A stretch of DNA of 63,979 nt. It comes from Methanomicrobiales archaeon. GTDB lineage: Archaea > Halobacteriota > Methanomicrobia > Methanomicrobiales > Methanospirillaceae. Within the stretch, counting starts at the first letter, position 1. Every line of letters starts with the position of its first letter. The stretch is taken from contig JAAEET010000001.1 of NCBI GenBank assembly GCA_013415565.1, positions 1 through 63,979 on the forward strand, given 5' to 3'. The position numbers and the translations under genes are program-made. Shown piece by piece: positions 45,437 to 55,267 of the stretch. The notes under the pieces were generated by a model. The model had not been told where the DNA came from. It did no database searches and saw only the letters and a list, made by a program, of their open reading frames with translations.

Positions 45437-46249
45437 ATGACCGGACCATCCATCGCATCGTTTCAGGCCAGGGTCCTCTCGTACTACCGGACCCACCGGC
45501 GCGACTTTCCCTGGAGGCATACCACCGATCCCTACCGTATCATGGTATCGGAGATCATGCTCCAGCAGACGCAGGTGGAACGGGTAGGGGAGAAGTACGC
45601 GAGCTTTCTCACCCGGTTTCCCGACATCGAATCGCTTGCCGGGGCCACGGCTGAGGACGTGCTCAGCGCATGGCAGGGGCTCGGCTACAACCGGCGGGCC
45701 CTGGCCCTGAAAGCGGCAGCAGGGGAGATTGTTGAGCGGTTCGACGGGGTCATTCCGGACGATGAACAGGGCCTCCAAAGCCTCCCCGGCATAGGTCCCT
45801 ATACCGCTTCCGCCATCCTCGTTTTCGCATTCAACCGGCCGGTGGTGATGATAGAGACGAATATCAGGCGGGTCTTCATCCATTGCTTCTTCAGTGACCG
45901 GACCGGTGTGGCGGACCGCGAGATCCTTCCCCTGGTTGAAGCGACCCTGGTCAGGGAGAATCCCCGTGAGTGGTACAATGCCCTGATGGACTACGGCCGG
46001 CACCTGGGGGCCACGATTGAGAATCCGAACCGGCGGAGCCGGCACTACTCGCGGCAGGCGCCCTTTGAAGGCTCGAACCGGCAGCTCCGGGGAAAGATTC
46101 TCCGGCTGCTGATCGGTGGCGGTGAGACGGCAGTTGGGGATCTTTCCCGGAACCTCGGGCTTCCCGAATCAGTGATAGAGCCGGTTCTTGTCCGGCTTGC
46201 GGATGAAGGATTCATCACCCGGGAAGATAACCGGGTCAGGATTGCCTGA
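45437..46249 (+). CDS. HhH-GPD DNA glycosylase of the MutY/Nth lineage, lacking Fe-S cluster cysteines and carrying a C-terminal wHTH-like tail
   Basis: DFPWRHTTDPYRIMVSEIMLQQTQV, LPGIGPYTASAILVFAF. There are no Cys residues after ALMDYG, where MutY and Nth carry Cx6Cx2Cx5C. Confidence 0.8.
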   Translation: MTGPSIASFQARVLSYYRTHRRDFPWRHTTDPYRIMVSEIMLQQTQVERVGEKYASFLTRFPDIESLAGATAEDVLSAWQGLGYNRRALALKAAAGEIVERFDGVIPDDEQGLQSLPGIGPYTASAILVFAFNRPVVMIETNIRRVFIHCFFSDRTGVADREILPLVEATLVRENPREWYNALMDYGRHLGATIENPNRRSRHYSRQAPFEGSNRQLRGKILRLLIGGGETAVGDLSRNLGLPESVIEPVLVRLADEGFITREDNRVRIA

Positions 46250-46405
46250 AGACGTTTGAGGAGAGACTGAAGCGTCCGGTGACGATGCCTGGTCGTGCAG
46301 CGGAAATAATGGGAATCCCGGATGGTTCAGCCCATGGCCTTCCGGTTTTTCCCGTTCCCGGATGCCAGCTGACCTGTCCGATATGGCGGGGGTGGCGCCC
46401 CGGCC

Positions 46406-46585
46406 TCAGCCCCTCAAGAAGTAGCCGATCACGATGAGCAGGAGGCCGGTGTAGAACATGGCGGCCCACGGCCACGAGAAGCCCGGGTCGATGGTGGCAA
46501 ATCCCTTGAGATCCTGTAGCAGAACAAGGACGAACCCTGCCAGGAAACAGAGCAGGCTGAGCTGTTTCTTTGTCGCTTTCTCCAT
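46406..46585 (-). CDS. Possible 59-aa two-TM membrane protein (below the ORF-track length cutoff)
   Basis: AAAAGGAGAG lies 8 nt upstream of ATG 46585. MEKATKKQLSLLCFLAGFVLVLLQDLKGFATIDPGFSWPWAAMFYTGLLLIVIGYFLRG*. It lies 68 nt downstream of cbiE on the same strand. Confidence 0.4.
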   Translation of the reverse strand: MEKATKKQLSLLCFLAGFVLVLLQDLKGFATIDPGFSWPWAAMFYTGLLLIVIGYFLRG

Positions 46586-46653
46586 GCTGGTCTCTCCTTT
46601 TAATTCTCCTGAAAGAGGGTATGCCGTGCTCCCTTATATTCCTTCAGGGAGAA

Positions 46654-47247
46654 TTACGCCCGATTTCCCGAAAATCTGCCCACAAATACCGAGAAGAGAC
46701 GGGAAGTCGGGACAGGCGGGTCAAAAACCGTTCCCAGCGAGATACGCTCTTCCGGGTACCCGAGATCCTCGCACAGGGCTACCGCGAGATCTTCCCTGCC
46801 CGCTCCGATCGCACGACAGAGCCCGGCGACGCTGAACCGGGGATCGGCGATGATGAAGACGGTTCTGCCCTGGTCCAGGGCCCGGGCGATCGGGGCACAT
46901 GCCGCCCGGTGATCCTTCCCGTGAGCCCGGACAACCACCACCTCCTCGAGGGGGATGGCGAGCCGTGCCGATGCCAGCTGGAGGGATGAGATCCCCGGGA
47001 TGATCTCCCCTCCCAGGAACCCGAGGCCGGCGAGCATCGGGTCCCCGGTAGAGAGGACCACGGCATGGTCCGGCACGGGGATCGAGGAAAAATCATTCAT
47101 CACCTGCACCTCGCATCCCTCCGGGATGAACCGGGCGGCCAGTTCGATCGCCCTCCGGGAGCCCATCACCACGGTCGCTCCGGTGATCGCACGGATGGCC
47201 TCCTCGGTGAGCATCCCCGGCCCGCATCCGACGCCGACGACTTTCAT
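46654..47247 (-). CDS. cbiE: Cobalt-precorrin-7 (C5)-methyltransferase
   Basis: MKVVGVGCGPG...STGDP tetrapyrrole methylase fold, ~197 aa, in cbi context. Confidence 0.8.
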   Translation of the reverse strand: MKVVGVGCGPGMLTEEAIRAITGATVVMGSRRAIELAARFIPEGCEVQVMNDFSSIPVPDHAVVLSTGDPMLAGLGFLGGEIIPGISSLQLASARLAIPLEEVVVVRAHGKDHRAACAPIARALDQGRTVFIIADPRFSVAGLCRAIGAGREDLAVALCEDLGYPEERISLGTVFDPPVPTSRLFSVFVGRFSGNRA

Positions 47248-48287
47248 CCCGAATCCCCCATGATGACGCCTTTCCGGTCGATCACAACGATCCGCAGCCC
47301 GGGGTAGCGCTCCTTCGCGGTGTGAAACGCCCCTTCCATCTTCCGTTCGAATCCGGGCCTGCCCGAGAGTTCCTCAACGGTCATACACCCGGTCCCGTCA
47401 AGGATACCGGGATCGAGGAACCGGAGGATAAGCCCGGGGAGCCCGCAGAGCACCACCTCGCCGTCAGCAGCGGAGAGCGCCTCGGCGAGTTTTGCCCCGG
47501 CAAGAATAGCTTCGTGGTCGGGAAAGAGGAGCCGGGCATAGCGAAGCCCGATTCTCCCCGTGGAGAGGACCACCCGGTCGGCGTGCCCGACCCGCTCTGC
47601 GACCGATGCGGAGAGGTGATCGTCCCAGGGTTCAACCAGCCCGGTTGTCCCGAGAATCGAGATGCCTCCCTCGATCCCGACCTTCGGGTTGAGCGTCGCC
47701 GCACCCACGCGGGCTCCGTCAGGGATGGCGAGCATAATCTGTGCCCCATCGAGGCCCGTCTCCCTGAGCCCCTCTTCCATGGCGGTAAAGATGCAGTCCC
47801 GTGCCGGCATGCTGATAGCCGGCTCCCCGGTCTGGTGCCGGGGGGTGTCGCGGACGAACCTGCCGATTCCGACCCCGGGAATCAGCTCCATTCCATCGGG
47901 CCTGACCGTGCACCGGGCGACAAAGAGGAGCCCGGCGGTGGCATCGGTCGGGTAGTCGCCGGCGTACTTCCGGCATTCGGCCTGCCCTCCCGAACCTGCC
48001 ACCGGGACGGTAACCGTCAGCCCGCAGGGGACGGTCACGTCCACCGATTCAACCGGCCGTACCAGGGAGAGAATGGCCGCTTTGCAGCAGGCGGCAGCGG
48101 TTGTGCCGGTGGTAAACCCCCTCCTCAGGATGGTGCCCGACGAGGTGAGCACGGCAAGCCCGTTCCTTGCCAGGGCAAGGTCATCGCGACCGGATGCTTT
48201 CCTGATCCAGGGTTCAGGGTAGGTGAAACCGGTGACCGGGTCGGTGACCGGGTCCTCAGGGCTGTCGTTTCGCATGGCGTTCTGCAT
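47244..48287 (-). CDS. cbiD: Cobalt-precorrin-5B (C1)-methyltransferase
   Basis: LRRGFTTGTTAAACCKAA..., GGISILGTTGLVEPW. The start is uncertain (48317, 48287 or 48278). Confidence 0.85.
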   Translation of the reverse strand: MQNAMRNDSPEDPVTDPVTGFTYPEPWIRKASGRDDLALARNGLAVLTSSGTILRRGFTTGTTAAACCKAAILSLVRPVESVDVTVPCGLTVTVPVAGSGGQAECRKYAGDYPTDATAGLLFVARCTVRPDGMELIPGVGIGRFVRDTPRHQTGEPAISMPARDCIFTAMEEGLRETGLDGAQIMLAIPDGARVGAATLNPKVGIEGGISILGTTGLVEPWDDHLSASVAERVGHADRVVLSTGRIGLRYARLLFPDHEAILAGAKLAEALSAADGEVVLCGLPGLILRFLDPGILDGTGCMTVEELSGRPGFERKMEGAFHTAKERYPGLRIVVIDRKGVIMGDSG

Positions 48288-48930
48288 GGATAGTGATGAT
48301 CTCGTTGATGGCGGCAACCGCGACCGGGGTTCCCCCGCGGGTACCTTCGTTCGAGATGGAGGGGACCGGGAGGGTCCGGAGTTCTTCCTTTGATTCTGCG
48401 GCCTTGACGAATCCGACCGGTGTTCCGATCACCAGGGCAGGACGTATGCCGTCCCGGACCAGATCACAGACCGCAAGCAGGGCCGAGGGGGCATTCCCGA
48501 TCACCACGATCGCGCCGTCCAGGCGATCGGCGAGGGCGAGGATCCCGGCCCTGCTCCGGGTGATCCCCAGGGCCGACGCTTCATCCCCGCCGTAATCGAG
48601 GGCGCAGATGACTGTGCTCCGGTGCCCTTTCTTCTGGATCCCGACCTGCACCATCCGGATATCGGTGATGACGGGGGATCCCTGACCGAGGGCGGTGAGG
48701 CCGGCCGTGACCGGGTCATGGCAGAACCGGAGCAGCCCGGCCATGGCAAAGTCGCCGACGGCGACCGAGCACCGCTGCCGGATCCGGTCCTCGAAGTCCC
48801 GGTCCCCGATAACCTCCCGGGCAAGGGTCCTGCTGGTCTTCGATATCTCGTACGCCTCGGCTGTTGTTGCACCGAGGTCAGTATAGGTACTTCCGGTGGT
48901 ATCCCCGCGGGGTGATGATCCCTCTGACAT
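48256..48930 (-). CDS. cbiC: Cobalt-precorrin-8 methylmutase
   Basis: VITDIRMV..., VVIGNAPSAL, VIGTPVGFV. Confidence 0.85.
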   Translation of the reverse strand: MSEGSSPRGDTTGSTYTDLGATTAEAYEISKTSRTLAREVIGDRDFEDRIRQRCSVAVGDFAMAGLLRFCHDPVTAGLTALGQGSPVITDIRMVQVGIQKKGHRSTVICALDYGGDEASALGITRSRAGILALADRLDGAIVVIGNAPSALLAVCDLVRDGIRPALVIGTPVGFVKAAESKEELRTLPVPSISNEGTRGGTPVAVAAINEIITIHAERHAKRQP

Positions 48931-49648
48931 CCTCTCCGTTCCTCCAGATCCGTGTCTCTTCTCCGCCCACGATCACCGTGGTATGCATGTCCACCTTCCC
49001 TTCCACCCCTGAAATCTCTCCAAGCGTGGTGATCACCGCCTCCTCGCCGTCCCGGTAGGCATTCCGCACGATCCCGACCGGGGTTGCCGGCGACCGGTAT
49101 TCTCCGGCGATCTCCATGGCAAGGGCGAAGTTGTGGGGCCGCCCCCTGCTCCGGGGGTTGTAGAGAACAACCGGCACGCCCATCGAGAAGGCGGCATGGA
49201 GCCGTCGTTCGATCACCTCGAGCGGGGTGAGGAGATCCGAGAGACTGAGGGTGGCGAAATCGCCCGAGAGAGGAGAGCCGAGGATCGATGCGGCGGCCTG
49301 CGAGGCGGTGATACCCGGGACGACTTCCCAGGGGAGATCCACGCCATCGCGCTCCAGGATCTCGAGGACGATCCCGGCCATACCGTAGATGCCGGCATCG
49401 CCACCGCTCACCATGACCACCGGGGCCTCCCGGGCGAGCTCGATCGACCGTCGCGCCCGTTCCACCTCCTTCCCCATCGAGCTCGTGATCACCTTTTTCC
49501 CTTCAAGGAGCGGGCCGAGCTGGGCAAGGTAGGTGTCATTCCCGATAACATACGCGGCCTGTTCCAGCACCTCCCGGGCCCGGCCGGTGAGCTGGGCGGG
49601 ACTCCCGGGACCGATTCCGACGATGGCAAGCCTACCGTGCGATGGCAA
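48878..49648 (-). CDS. cbiH: Cobalt-factor III / precorrin-3B C17-methyltransferase
   Basis: LAIVGIGPGS..., VSGGDAGIYGMAG, VVPGITASQAAAS, LYNP. Confidence 0.85.
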   Translation of the reverse strand: MPSHGRLAIVGIGPGSPAQLTGRAREVLEQAAYVIGNDTYLAQLGPLLEGKKVITSSMGKEVERARRSIELAREAPVVMVSGGDAGIYGMAGIVLEILERDGVDLPWEVVPGITASQAAASILGSPLSGDFATLSLSDLLTPLEVIERRLHAAFSMGVPVVLYNPRSRGRPHNFALAMEIAGEYRSPATPVGIVRNAYRDGEEAVITTLGEISGVEGKVDMHTTVIVGGEETRIWRNGEDVRGIITPRGYHRKYLY

Positions 49649-50501
49649 CCGTCACTCCTCCCTTCAGCAGCTTCGGCACTATCAGCTCCTTCCGCTTCGA
49701 TACGGCGAGGGCACAGGGCTCGGCGACTCCGGCAAGGCCGAGCCGCGATGCACCGGACGCAGAAACCCCCGGGTGGCGGTTGATGGTCCGGTCATCGAGG
49801 AAGATCAGCGGCCGGCCGAGGGCACGGACGGCCTGAAGGATTCCCGGTTCGCCCGATTTTTTTACCGTGGTGGCGAAGACGAGCACGTCGCCGGGCTCAA
49901 TTTCGGCGGCGGCGAGAGCGGCGCGAACCGCCTCTTCGACCGCTTCAGCGGACACTCCCTTCCGGCACCCGATCCCGACCCCGTACTCACCTTCAGCGAC
50001 CAGGAAAGCGACATCCGGCCCTCCGATCACGAGGGCGGGTCCGGACACCGCGTACACTCCGGCCGTACCATCGAGGAAAGCTGCGTTCACCGGGGTCGAT
50101 GAATCGTAATTGACCAGGCTGTATCCTCCGGCCGCGGCAATCCCCTCGACGGACGACACCCCTGCCCGTTCGGTGGCGGTGGTGATGACGGGGACCGTCC
50201 CCAGCGGTGCAAGGTCCCGGGCAAGGGCGTTTGCCCCGTGATGCCCGCCGATCAGGGGGATGGCCAGGCCGAGGTCGGGTGTCACCACCACCACGGCAGG
50301 ATCGGTCCACTTGTCCGCGAGGAGCGGCGCGATTCCTCTCACGGCAATACCGGCCGACATGACGGCGGCGATCTGGGAATACTGCCCGAACGCCTCCCGG
50401 AACGCTGTCGGGGAATATTCGATGAGGTCTGCGGAGATGCAATCCGCAATCTGCCGGGCCTCCCCGAGAAACCGCGGGAGGTAGATGACCGCTCTCGTCA
50501 T
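49632..50501 (-). CDS. cbiG: Cobalt-precorrin-5A hydrolase
   Basis: CbiG N- and C-domain pattern (GIGCRKG...ATTVKK), positioned between cbiF and cbiH. Confidence 0.75.
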   Translation of the reverse strand: MTRAVIYLPRFLGEARQIADCISADLIEYSPTAFREAFGQYSQIAAVMSAGIAVRGIAPLLADKWTDPAVVVVTPDLGLAIPLIGGHHGANALARDLAPLGTVPVITTATERAGVSSVEGIAAAGGYSLVNYDSSTPVNAAFLDGTAGVYAVSGPALVIGGPDVAFLVAEGEYGVGIGCRKGVSAEAVEEAVRAALAAAEIEPGDVLVFATTVKKSGEPGILQAVRALGRPLIFLDDRTINRHPGVSASGASRLGLAGVAEPCALAVSKRKELIVPKLLKGGVTVAIAR

Positions 50502-51229
50502 GAGTAGAGCACCGACCTCCGGTGACCTGATCCGGCAGGATCGATGACCCCGCCCACCACGAGGAGAGCGGAGCGGGTGATTCCTGCCTCACGGGCCTTC
50601 CCTGCAATATCGCTGATGGTCCCGCGGATCACCGTCTCATCCGGCCAGCTGGCATGGTAGACCACTGCCGCCGGGGTCGAAGGGGGGCGCTCCAAACGGG
50701 CGATGATCTCGTCGATCCGGTCGGCTCCGAGGAAGAAGACCAGGGTGGCGGTGTGCCGGGAGAGCTCCGGTATCTCGTCCTGCCCGAGCGTTTTTCCGGC
50801 CGGGCGGGTCACGATCAGCGTGTCGGCGACCCCGCCGAGGGTGAACTGGGTCCGGAGTGCGGCGGCGGCGGCAAAAAGCGAGGAGACTCCCGGAACGACC
50901 TCGTATTCGATTCCCTCCTCCTCGAGCAGCCGCATCTGTTCCACGACAGCCCCGTAGAGTGCCGGGTCGCCGGAATGGAGCCGCACCACGAGGGCCCCTT
51001 CACGGGCATGCGCCACCATCAGGGGGACGATCTCCTCGAGGCTCTTTCCCCAGGAATCGACCTTCACCCGTGCACCGGACCGTTCGACGAGCGCAGGGTT
51101 CACCAGGGAACCGGCGTACACCAGGATATCGGCGCGGGCGAGGAGTTCCATGCCACGGACCGTGATCAGGTCGGGCGCCCCGGGGCCGGCACCCACGAAC
51201 CACACCTTCCCCATATCACCGCCTCGCAT
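50498..51229 (-). CDS. cbiF: Cobalt-precorrin-4 C11-methyltransferase
   Basis: KVWFVGAGPGAPDLITVRG, LHSGDPALYGA, VVPGVSS. Confidence 0.85.
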   Translation of the reverse strand: MRGGDMGKVWFVGAGPGAPDLITVRGMELLARADILVYAGSLVNPALVERSGARVKVDSWGKSLEEIVPLMVAHAREGALVVRLHSGDPALYGAVVEQMRLLEEEGIEYEVVPGVSSLFAAAAALRTQFTLGGVADTLIVTRPAGKTLGQDEIPELSRHTATLVFFLGADRIDEIIARLERPPSTPAAVVYHASWPDETVIRGTISDIAGKAREAGITRSALLVVGGVIDPAGSGHRRSVLYS

Positions 51230-51824
51230 AGAGGATGCTCATGTAGTCGCTTTCTTCAGGGAGCTCCTGGTCCCGGTAAACCCGGGTATCTCCCATGTAC
51301 ATCCGTTCGACCAGGATAAACGAACGGTATCCCCTCTCCCGGAGGCGTGCCGCTGTTTCCCGGGGCCGTTTCACCTTGAGCTGGATTCTGCAGGGAACCT
51401 CGTCCGGCCCGTCCGTGACCAGGAATCCTTCGGAGAGCGAGACCCCGGCAACCGATGCGAATGCGGTGATGGAGCTGATGGCGGGTTCGGTCCGGCAGAC
51501 GATGGCGGGATGCCGCACCCGGATCGCATCGCAGAGGCGCGAGTAGGTCGAGAAGAAGTTCGGATCGCCGATGAGCCCGAGCACTGCCGTGCCGTCGGCG
51601 GCCACCGGGGCGATACGGTCTGCGTTCCGGTCCATGCAGGCCGCGATCACGTCCTCGTCACCCGTCATGGGGAACTCGAGGATCTCCGCCTCACGGTACG
51701 GCGCCACCAGGTCGAAGGCGATCCGGCCCGGTACAAAGACCGAATCGGCCTCCTCCAGGAGCCGGACGGCCCGAAGGGTGAGGTACTCGGGCTCCCCCGG
51801 CCCGAGACCAAGGCCGATCAGCAC
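51216..51824 (-). CDS. cbiL: Cobalt-factor II (precorrin-2) C20-methyltransferase
   Basis: LIGLGLGPGEPEYLTLRAV..., GDPNFFSTY. Confidence 0.8.
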   Translation of the reverse strand: MLIGLGLGPGEPEYLTLRAVRLLEEADSVFVPGRIAFDLVAPYREAEILEFPMTGDEDVIAACMDRNADRIAPVAADGTAVLGLIGDPNFFSTYSRLCDAIRVRHPAIVCRTEPAISSITAFASVAGVSLSEGFLVTDGPDEVPCRIQLKVKRPRETAARLRERGYRSFILVERMYMGDTRVYRDQELPEESDYMSILYARR

Positions 51825-52375
51825 GGGGCTCCCCCCGCGATAATGAACACCGGATCGAGCGGCCGGAACATCAGTCCCGATCCAAGCGGGCTCGAACGGG
51901 AGACCATCACGTGGACCGCCTCCCTGAAGATCCCGAGTTCTTCCATGGCAGAGACGGCTTCGTGGAGGGTTGAGATCAATACGGCGTTCACCACGACGGA
52001 CCGGACTTTTTTCCCGGCAAGCAGGGTGAGCATGCGGGAGAGATCCCGCGATCCCCCGACAAACGCACAGTCGATATGCGGCAGGCGCATGATGAGGTCC
52101 GCACCATGCTCACGGGAGACCTCGATATTGGTAATCCCGCAGCGGGCCGCCTCTTCGCGGGTGCACCTGACCGCCTCGTCACGGATATCCGCCGCATAGA
52201 CCTGCTGCACGAACGGTGCCGCATGCACCGCAACCTTCCCCGTGCCGCACCCTATATCCACGAGGACGTCTCCACGCCGCAGGCCGAGTTTCTGGAGCGA
52301 GATGGCCATGATCTCGTCCTTGGTGGGTCCGCCCGGAAGGGTCATCTCTCCTACAGCTGGGTTGTGGTAGAACAT
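51818..52375 (-). CDS. cbiT: Cobalt-precorrin-6B C15-methyltransferase (decarboxylating)
   Basis: SAM-MTase motif VLVDIGCGTGKVAV, ~185 aa, in cbi context. Confidence 0.8.
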   Translation of the reverse strand: MFYHNPAVGEMTLPGGPTKDEIMAISLQKLGLRRGDVLVDIGCGTGKVAVHAAPFVQQVYAADIRDEAVRCTREEAARCGITNIEVSREHGADLIMRLPHIDCAFVGGSRDLSRMLTLLAGKKVRSVVVNAVLISTLHEAVSAMEELGIFREAVHVMVSRSSPLGSGLMFRPLDPVFIIAGGAPC

Positions 52376-52405
52376 TAAAACTTGTTCTGTACCGGCGATC
52401 CGGGA

Positions 52406-53155
52406 TCAGACAGGGATGAGGCGATCCCCTTCCCGGTAGAGAGAGACCACCCCGCCGATGACGATGACCGCAGGGGGCTTCACCCCCCGTTCAGCGGCAA
52501 TCCTCCCGATATCGTCAAGGGTCCCGGTGGTTACCCGCTGGTTCTCCCGAAGCCCGTTCTCGATGACCGCCACCGGCGTGCAGGGATCCTTTCCGTTCCC
52601 GATCAGGGAGCGGGCGATCTGCGGGAGGTTTTTTACCCCCATCAGGATGACGATCGTTCCCCGCTGGCGGGCCAGGAGTTCCCAGTCCAGGGCCGGTTCG
52701 GGCTTGGTAGGATCCTCGTGACCGGTGATCACGGTGACCTGCGAGGCATACTTCCGGTGTGTCAGCGGTATTCCGACGGCGCCCGGAACGGCAAGCGCAC
52801 TTGTTATCCCCGGGACGAGCTCGACCGTGATCCCGTGGCCGCGGAGGACCTCGAGCTCTTCGCCACCCCTTCCGAACATGAACGGATCGCCCCCTTTCAG
52901 CCGGACCACCTGTTTTCCCTCCTGTGCTTTCGCAACCATCAGGGCCTCGATCTCCTCCTGCTCGAGCGTATGCTGCGACCCGTACTTCCCGCAGTCGATC
53001 TTCTCCGCCCGTTCCGGGAGCCCGGCGAGGATCTCTTCGCCGGGCAGCTGGTCGTAGAGGATCACGTCCGCCATATCGATCACTTCACGGGCCCGGAGGG
53101 TGAGGAAGCCCTCCCCGCCCGGCCCGGATCCTACCAGATACACCTTACCGTTCAT
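52406..53155 (-). CDS. cobA: Uroporphyrinogen-III C-methyltransferase (SUMT)
   Basis: [43 protein letters not shown]. Start at internal ATG 53155. Confidence 0.85.
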   Translation of the reverse strand: MNGKVYLVGSGPGGEGFLTLRAREVIDMADVILYDQLPGEEILAGLPERAEKIDCGKYGSQHTLEQEEIEALMVAKAQEGKQVVRLKGGDPFMFGRGGEELEVLRGHGITVELVPGITSALAVPGAVGIPLTHRKYASQVTVITGHEDPTKPEPALDWELLARQRGTIVILMGVKNLPQIARSLIGNGKDPCTPVAVIENGLRENQRVTTGTLDDIGRIAAERGVKPPAVIVIGGVVSLYREGDRLIPV

Positions 53156-54035
53156 ACCCGATCCCCAGTCTCTCATGCGCTTCCCTGATCAGCGCTCTTC
53201 CCTCGTTCCGGAGTCTCCTCCCGACGAGACGCGCCTCATTTAGTGATTCGACATCCTCTTCGATCCGGACCTGCCGGTCGCCGTCAAGGGAGAGGATCTC
53301 CCCGATAAGGTGGCCGTTTTGGCAGGCGATCCCCTGGGGGGTGAAACACCCGCCGCCCACCTCTTCCATCACCGCCCGTTCAACCCCGGTATCGAAGCGG
53401 GTCTCCGGGTGATCGATCTCTGCGAGGATCGTCGTCAGGTCCGGGTCATCACGGCATACCACGGCAATGGTCCCCTGGTTCGGCGACGGGACGAACTGTT
53501 CCGGGGAAAGACGGGTCCCCGGAACCGAGATGGACATCCGTTCGATACCAGCCTCGGCAAGTACGATCGCATCGTACCGACCGTCGGCGAGTTTCCGGAG
53601 CCGCGTATCCACGTTCCCCCGCAGCTGCTCCACGAACTTACCCGGCAGGTTGCGGAGGATCTGGGCCCGCCTCCTGGTACTCGATGTCCCGATGATCCGC
53701 ACGGTATCGAGCGGGAGCGTGTGGGCCAGGAAGTCCGCCGGGGAATCGCGTTTGAGAATGGCGGCCGTGGTGACTCCCTCCGGCCGGAGCGCCGGGATAT
53801 CCTTCATGCTGTGGACGGCGCAGTCGATTTCCCCGGCGAGAATGGCGTCGTCGAGCGCACGGACAAACACTCCCTGCCCCCCGATCTCGTGGAGCGGCAC
53901 CCCGTCGATCGTATCCCCCCTGGTGGTGATGATGGAGAGGTCGGCCTGGCATCCCCGTTCAGCGAGCAGCCTTGCGACCCGCTCGGCCTGCACCCGGGCA
54001 AGCCGGCTTCCCCGTGTCCCGATCCTCAGATGCAT
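53145..54035 (-). CDS. hemC: Hydroxymethylbilane synthase (porphobilinogen deaminase)
   Basis: [38 protein letters not shown]. Confidence 0.9.
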   Translation of the reverse strand: MHLRIGTRGSRLARVQAERVARLLAERGCQADLSIITTRGDTIDGVPLHEIGGQGVFVRALDDAILAGEIDCAVHSMKDIPALRPEGVTTAAILKRDSPADFLAHTLPLDTVRIIGTSSTRRRAQILRNLPGKFVEQLRGNVDTRLRKLADGRYDAIVLAEAGIERMSISVPGTRLSPEQFVPSPNQGTIAVVCRDDPDLTTILAEIDHPETRFDTGVERAVMEEVGGGCFTPQGIACQNGHLIGEILSLDGDRQVRIEEDVESLNEARLVGRRLRNEGRALIREAHERLGIGYER

Positions 54036-55267
54036 GCCTGGTATGCCGCCGCAATCTGCCCGATATCCCCGTCTTCATGGACAGCAGAGAGGAAGTTGGT
54101 CTCGAACTGGGACGGGGGAAGGAAGATGCCCTTCTTTCGCATCGCGGTCCAGAATTCGCCGAATTTCCCGGTGTCGCATTCTTTTGCCTCGAGGTAGGTA
54201 CGGGGTGCCCTGTTCCTGAAGAAATACTTGAACATCGACCCGAGCCGGACGAATGATCCCTCGGTCTTCCCGGCCACGGCTTCTCCGATCTCCGCTCCCC
54301 AGGCCTCCATCACCCGGTAGATGCCCCGGTGGGCATGGAGCCACCTGACGGTGGCCATACCTGCGGAGAGGGAGAGGGGGTTCCCGGAGAAGGTTCCTGC
54401 CTGGTACACCGGCCCGGCAGGTGAGATGAGCTCCATGATCTCCTTCCTTCCCCCGAACGCCCCGATGGGAAGGCCGCCGCCGATAATCTTTCCGAGCGTG
54501 GTGATATCAGGCCGCACCCCGAACATCACCTGGGCGCCGCCGATTCCCAGCCGGTACCCGGTGATGACTTCGTCAAAGATGAGGAGAACGTCGTGGGCCC
54601 GGGTGATCTCCCGCACATCCCTGAGGTAGGAGTCATCCGGGAGAATCGGCCCGATATTGCCCATCACCGGCTCGATGATGAATGCGGCGATGTCGTCTTC
54701 CCGGGAAAGCAGGCTCTCCAGGGCTTCCGGGTCATTGTAGGGGACCTGCCGGGTATGGGAGACCACGTCGGGGAGGACGCCGGCGGAATCGGGTACGCCA
54801 TGGGTGGTTGCTCCCGAACCCGCCTTGACCAGCACCCCGTCGTGGGCGCCATGGAAGCCACCCTCGACTTTCACGATATCCTGCTTCCCGGAAAATCCCC
54901 GTGCCAGGCGGATGGCGGCCATGGTTGCCTCCGAGCCGCTCGAGACGAACCGGATCATGTCCATCCCCGGGTGATCGCGGATGATCAGCTCCGCAAACTC
55001 CGGTTCGACCGGCGCCGGAGTGCCGTAGAGCCAGCCTTTCGAGAGCTGCCAGGTGATGGCCTGGTGGATGAGAGGATGGGCATGGCCGAGGATCAGCGGG
55101 CCGTACGCCATGCAGCAGTCGATCAGGACCTCACCATCGACCGTGGTGATCCGGGAGCCGTCGCCGGCCCTGGTATAGAACGGGTAGGGCCGGATCGCCC
55201 GTACCGGGCTGCTCACGCCACCGGGCATCAGCCCGAGGGCCTTCTGGTAGAGATCACTGCTCTTCAT
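54026..55267 (-). CDS. hemL: Glutamate-1-semialdehyde 2,1-aminomutase
   Basis: [31 protein letters not shown]. Confidence 0.9.
   Translation of the reverse strand: MKSSDLYQKALGLMPGGVSSPVRAIRPYPFYTRAGDGSRITTVDGEVLIDCCMAYGPLILGHAHPLIHQAITWQLSKGWLYGTPAPVEPEFAELIIRDHPGMDMIRFVSSGSEATMAAIRLARGFSGKQDIVKVEGGFHGAHDGVLVKAGSGATTHGVPDSAGVLPDVVSHTRQVPYNDPEALESLLSREDDIAAFIIEPVMGNIGPILPDDSYLRDVREITRAHDVLLIFDEVITGYRLGIGGAQVMFGVRPDITTLGKIIGGGLPIGAFGGRKEIMELISPAGPVYQAGTFSGNPLSLSAGMATVRWLHAHRGIYRVMEAWGAEIGEAVAGKTEGSFVRLGSMFKYFFRNRAPRTYLEAKECDTGKFGEFWTAMRKKGIFLPPSQFETNFLSAVHEDGDIGQIAAAYQACI

Noticed and set aside
43901-46045. 714-aa minus-strand ORF spanning the photolyase gene, the intergenic gap and the MutY-like gene
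   Set aside because: It runs antisense to two well-supported genes and has low-complexity Pro/Gly/Arg-rich composition. Long stop-free antisense frames are expected at this GC content.
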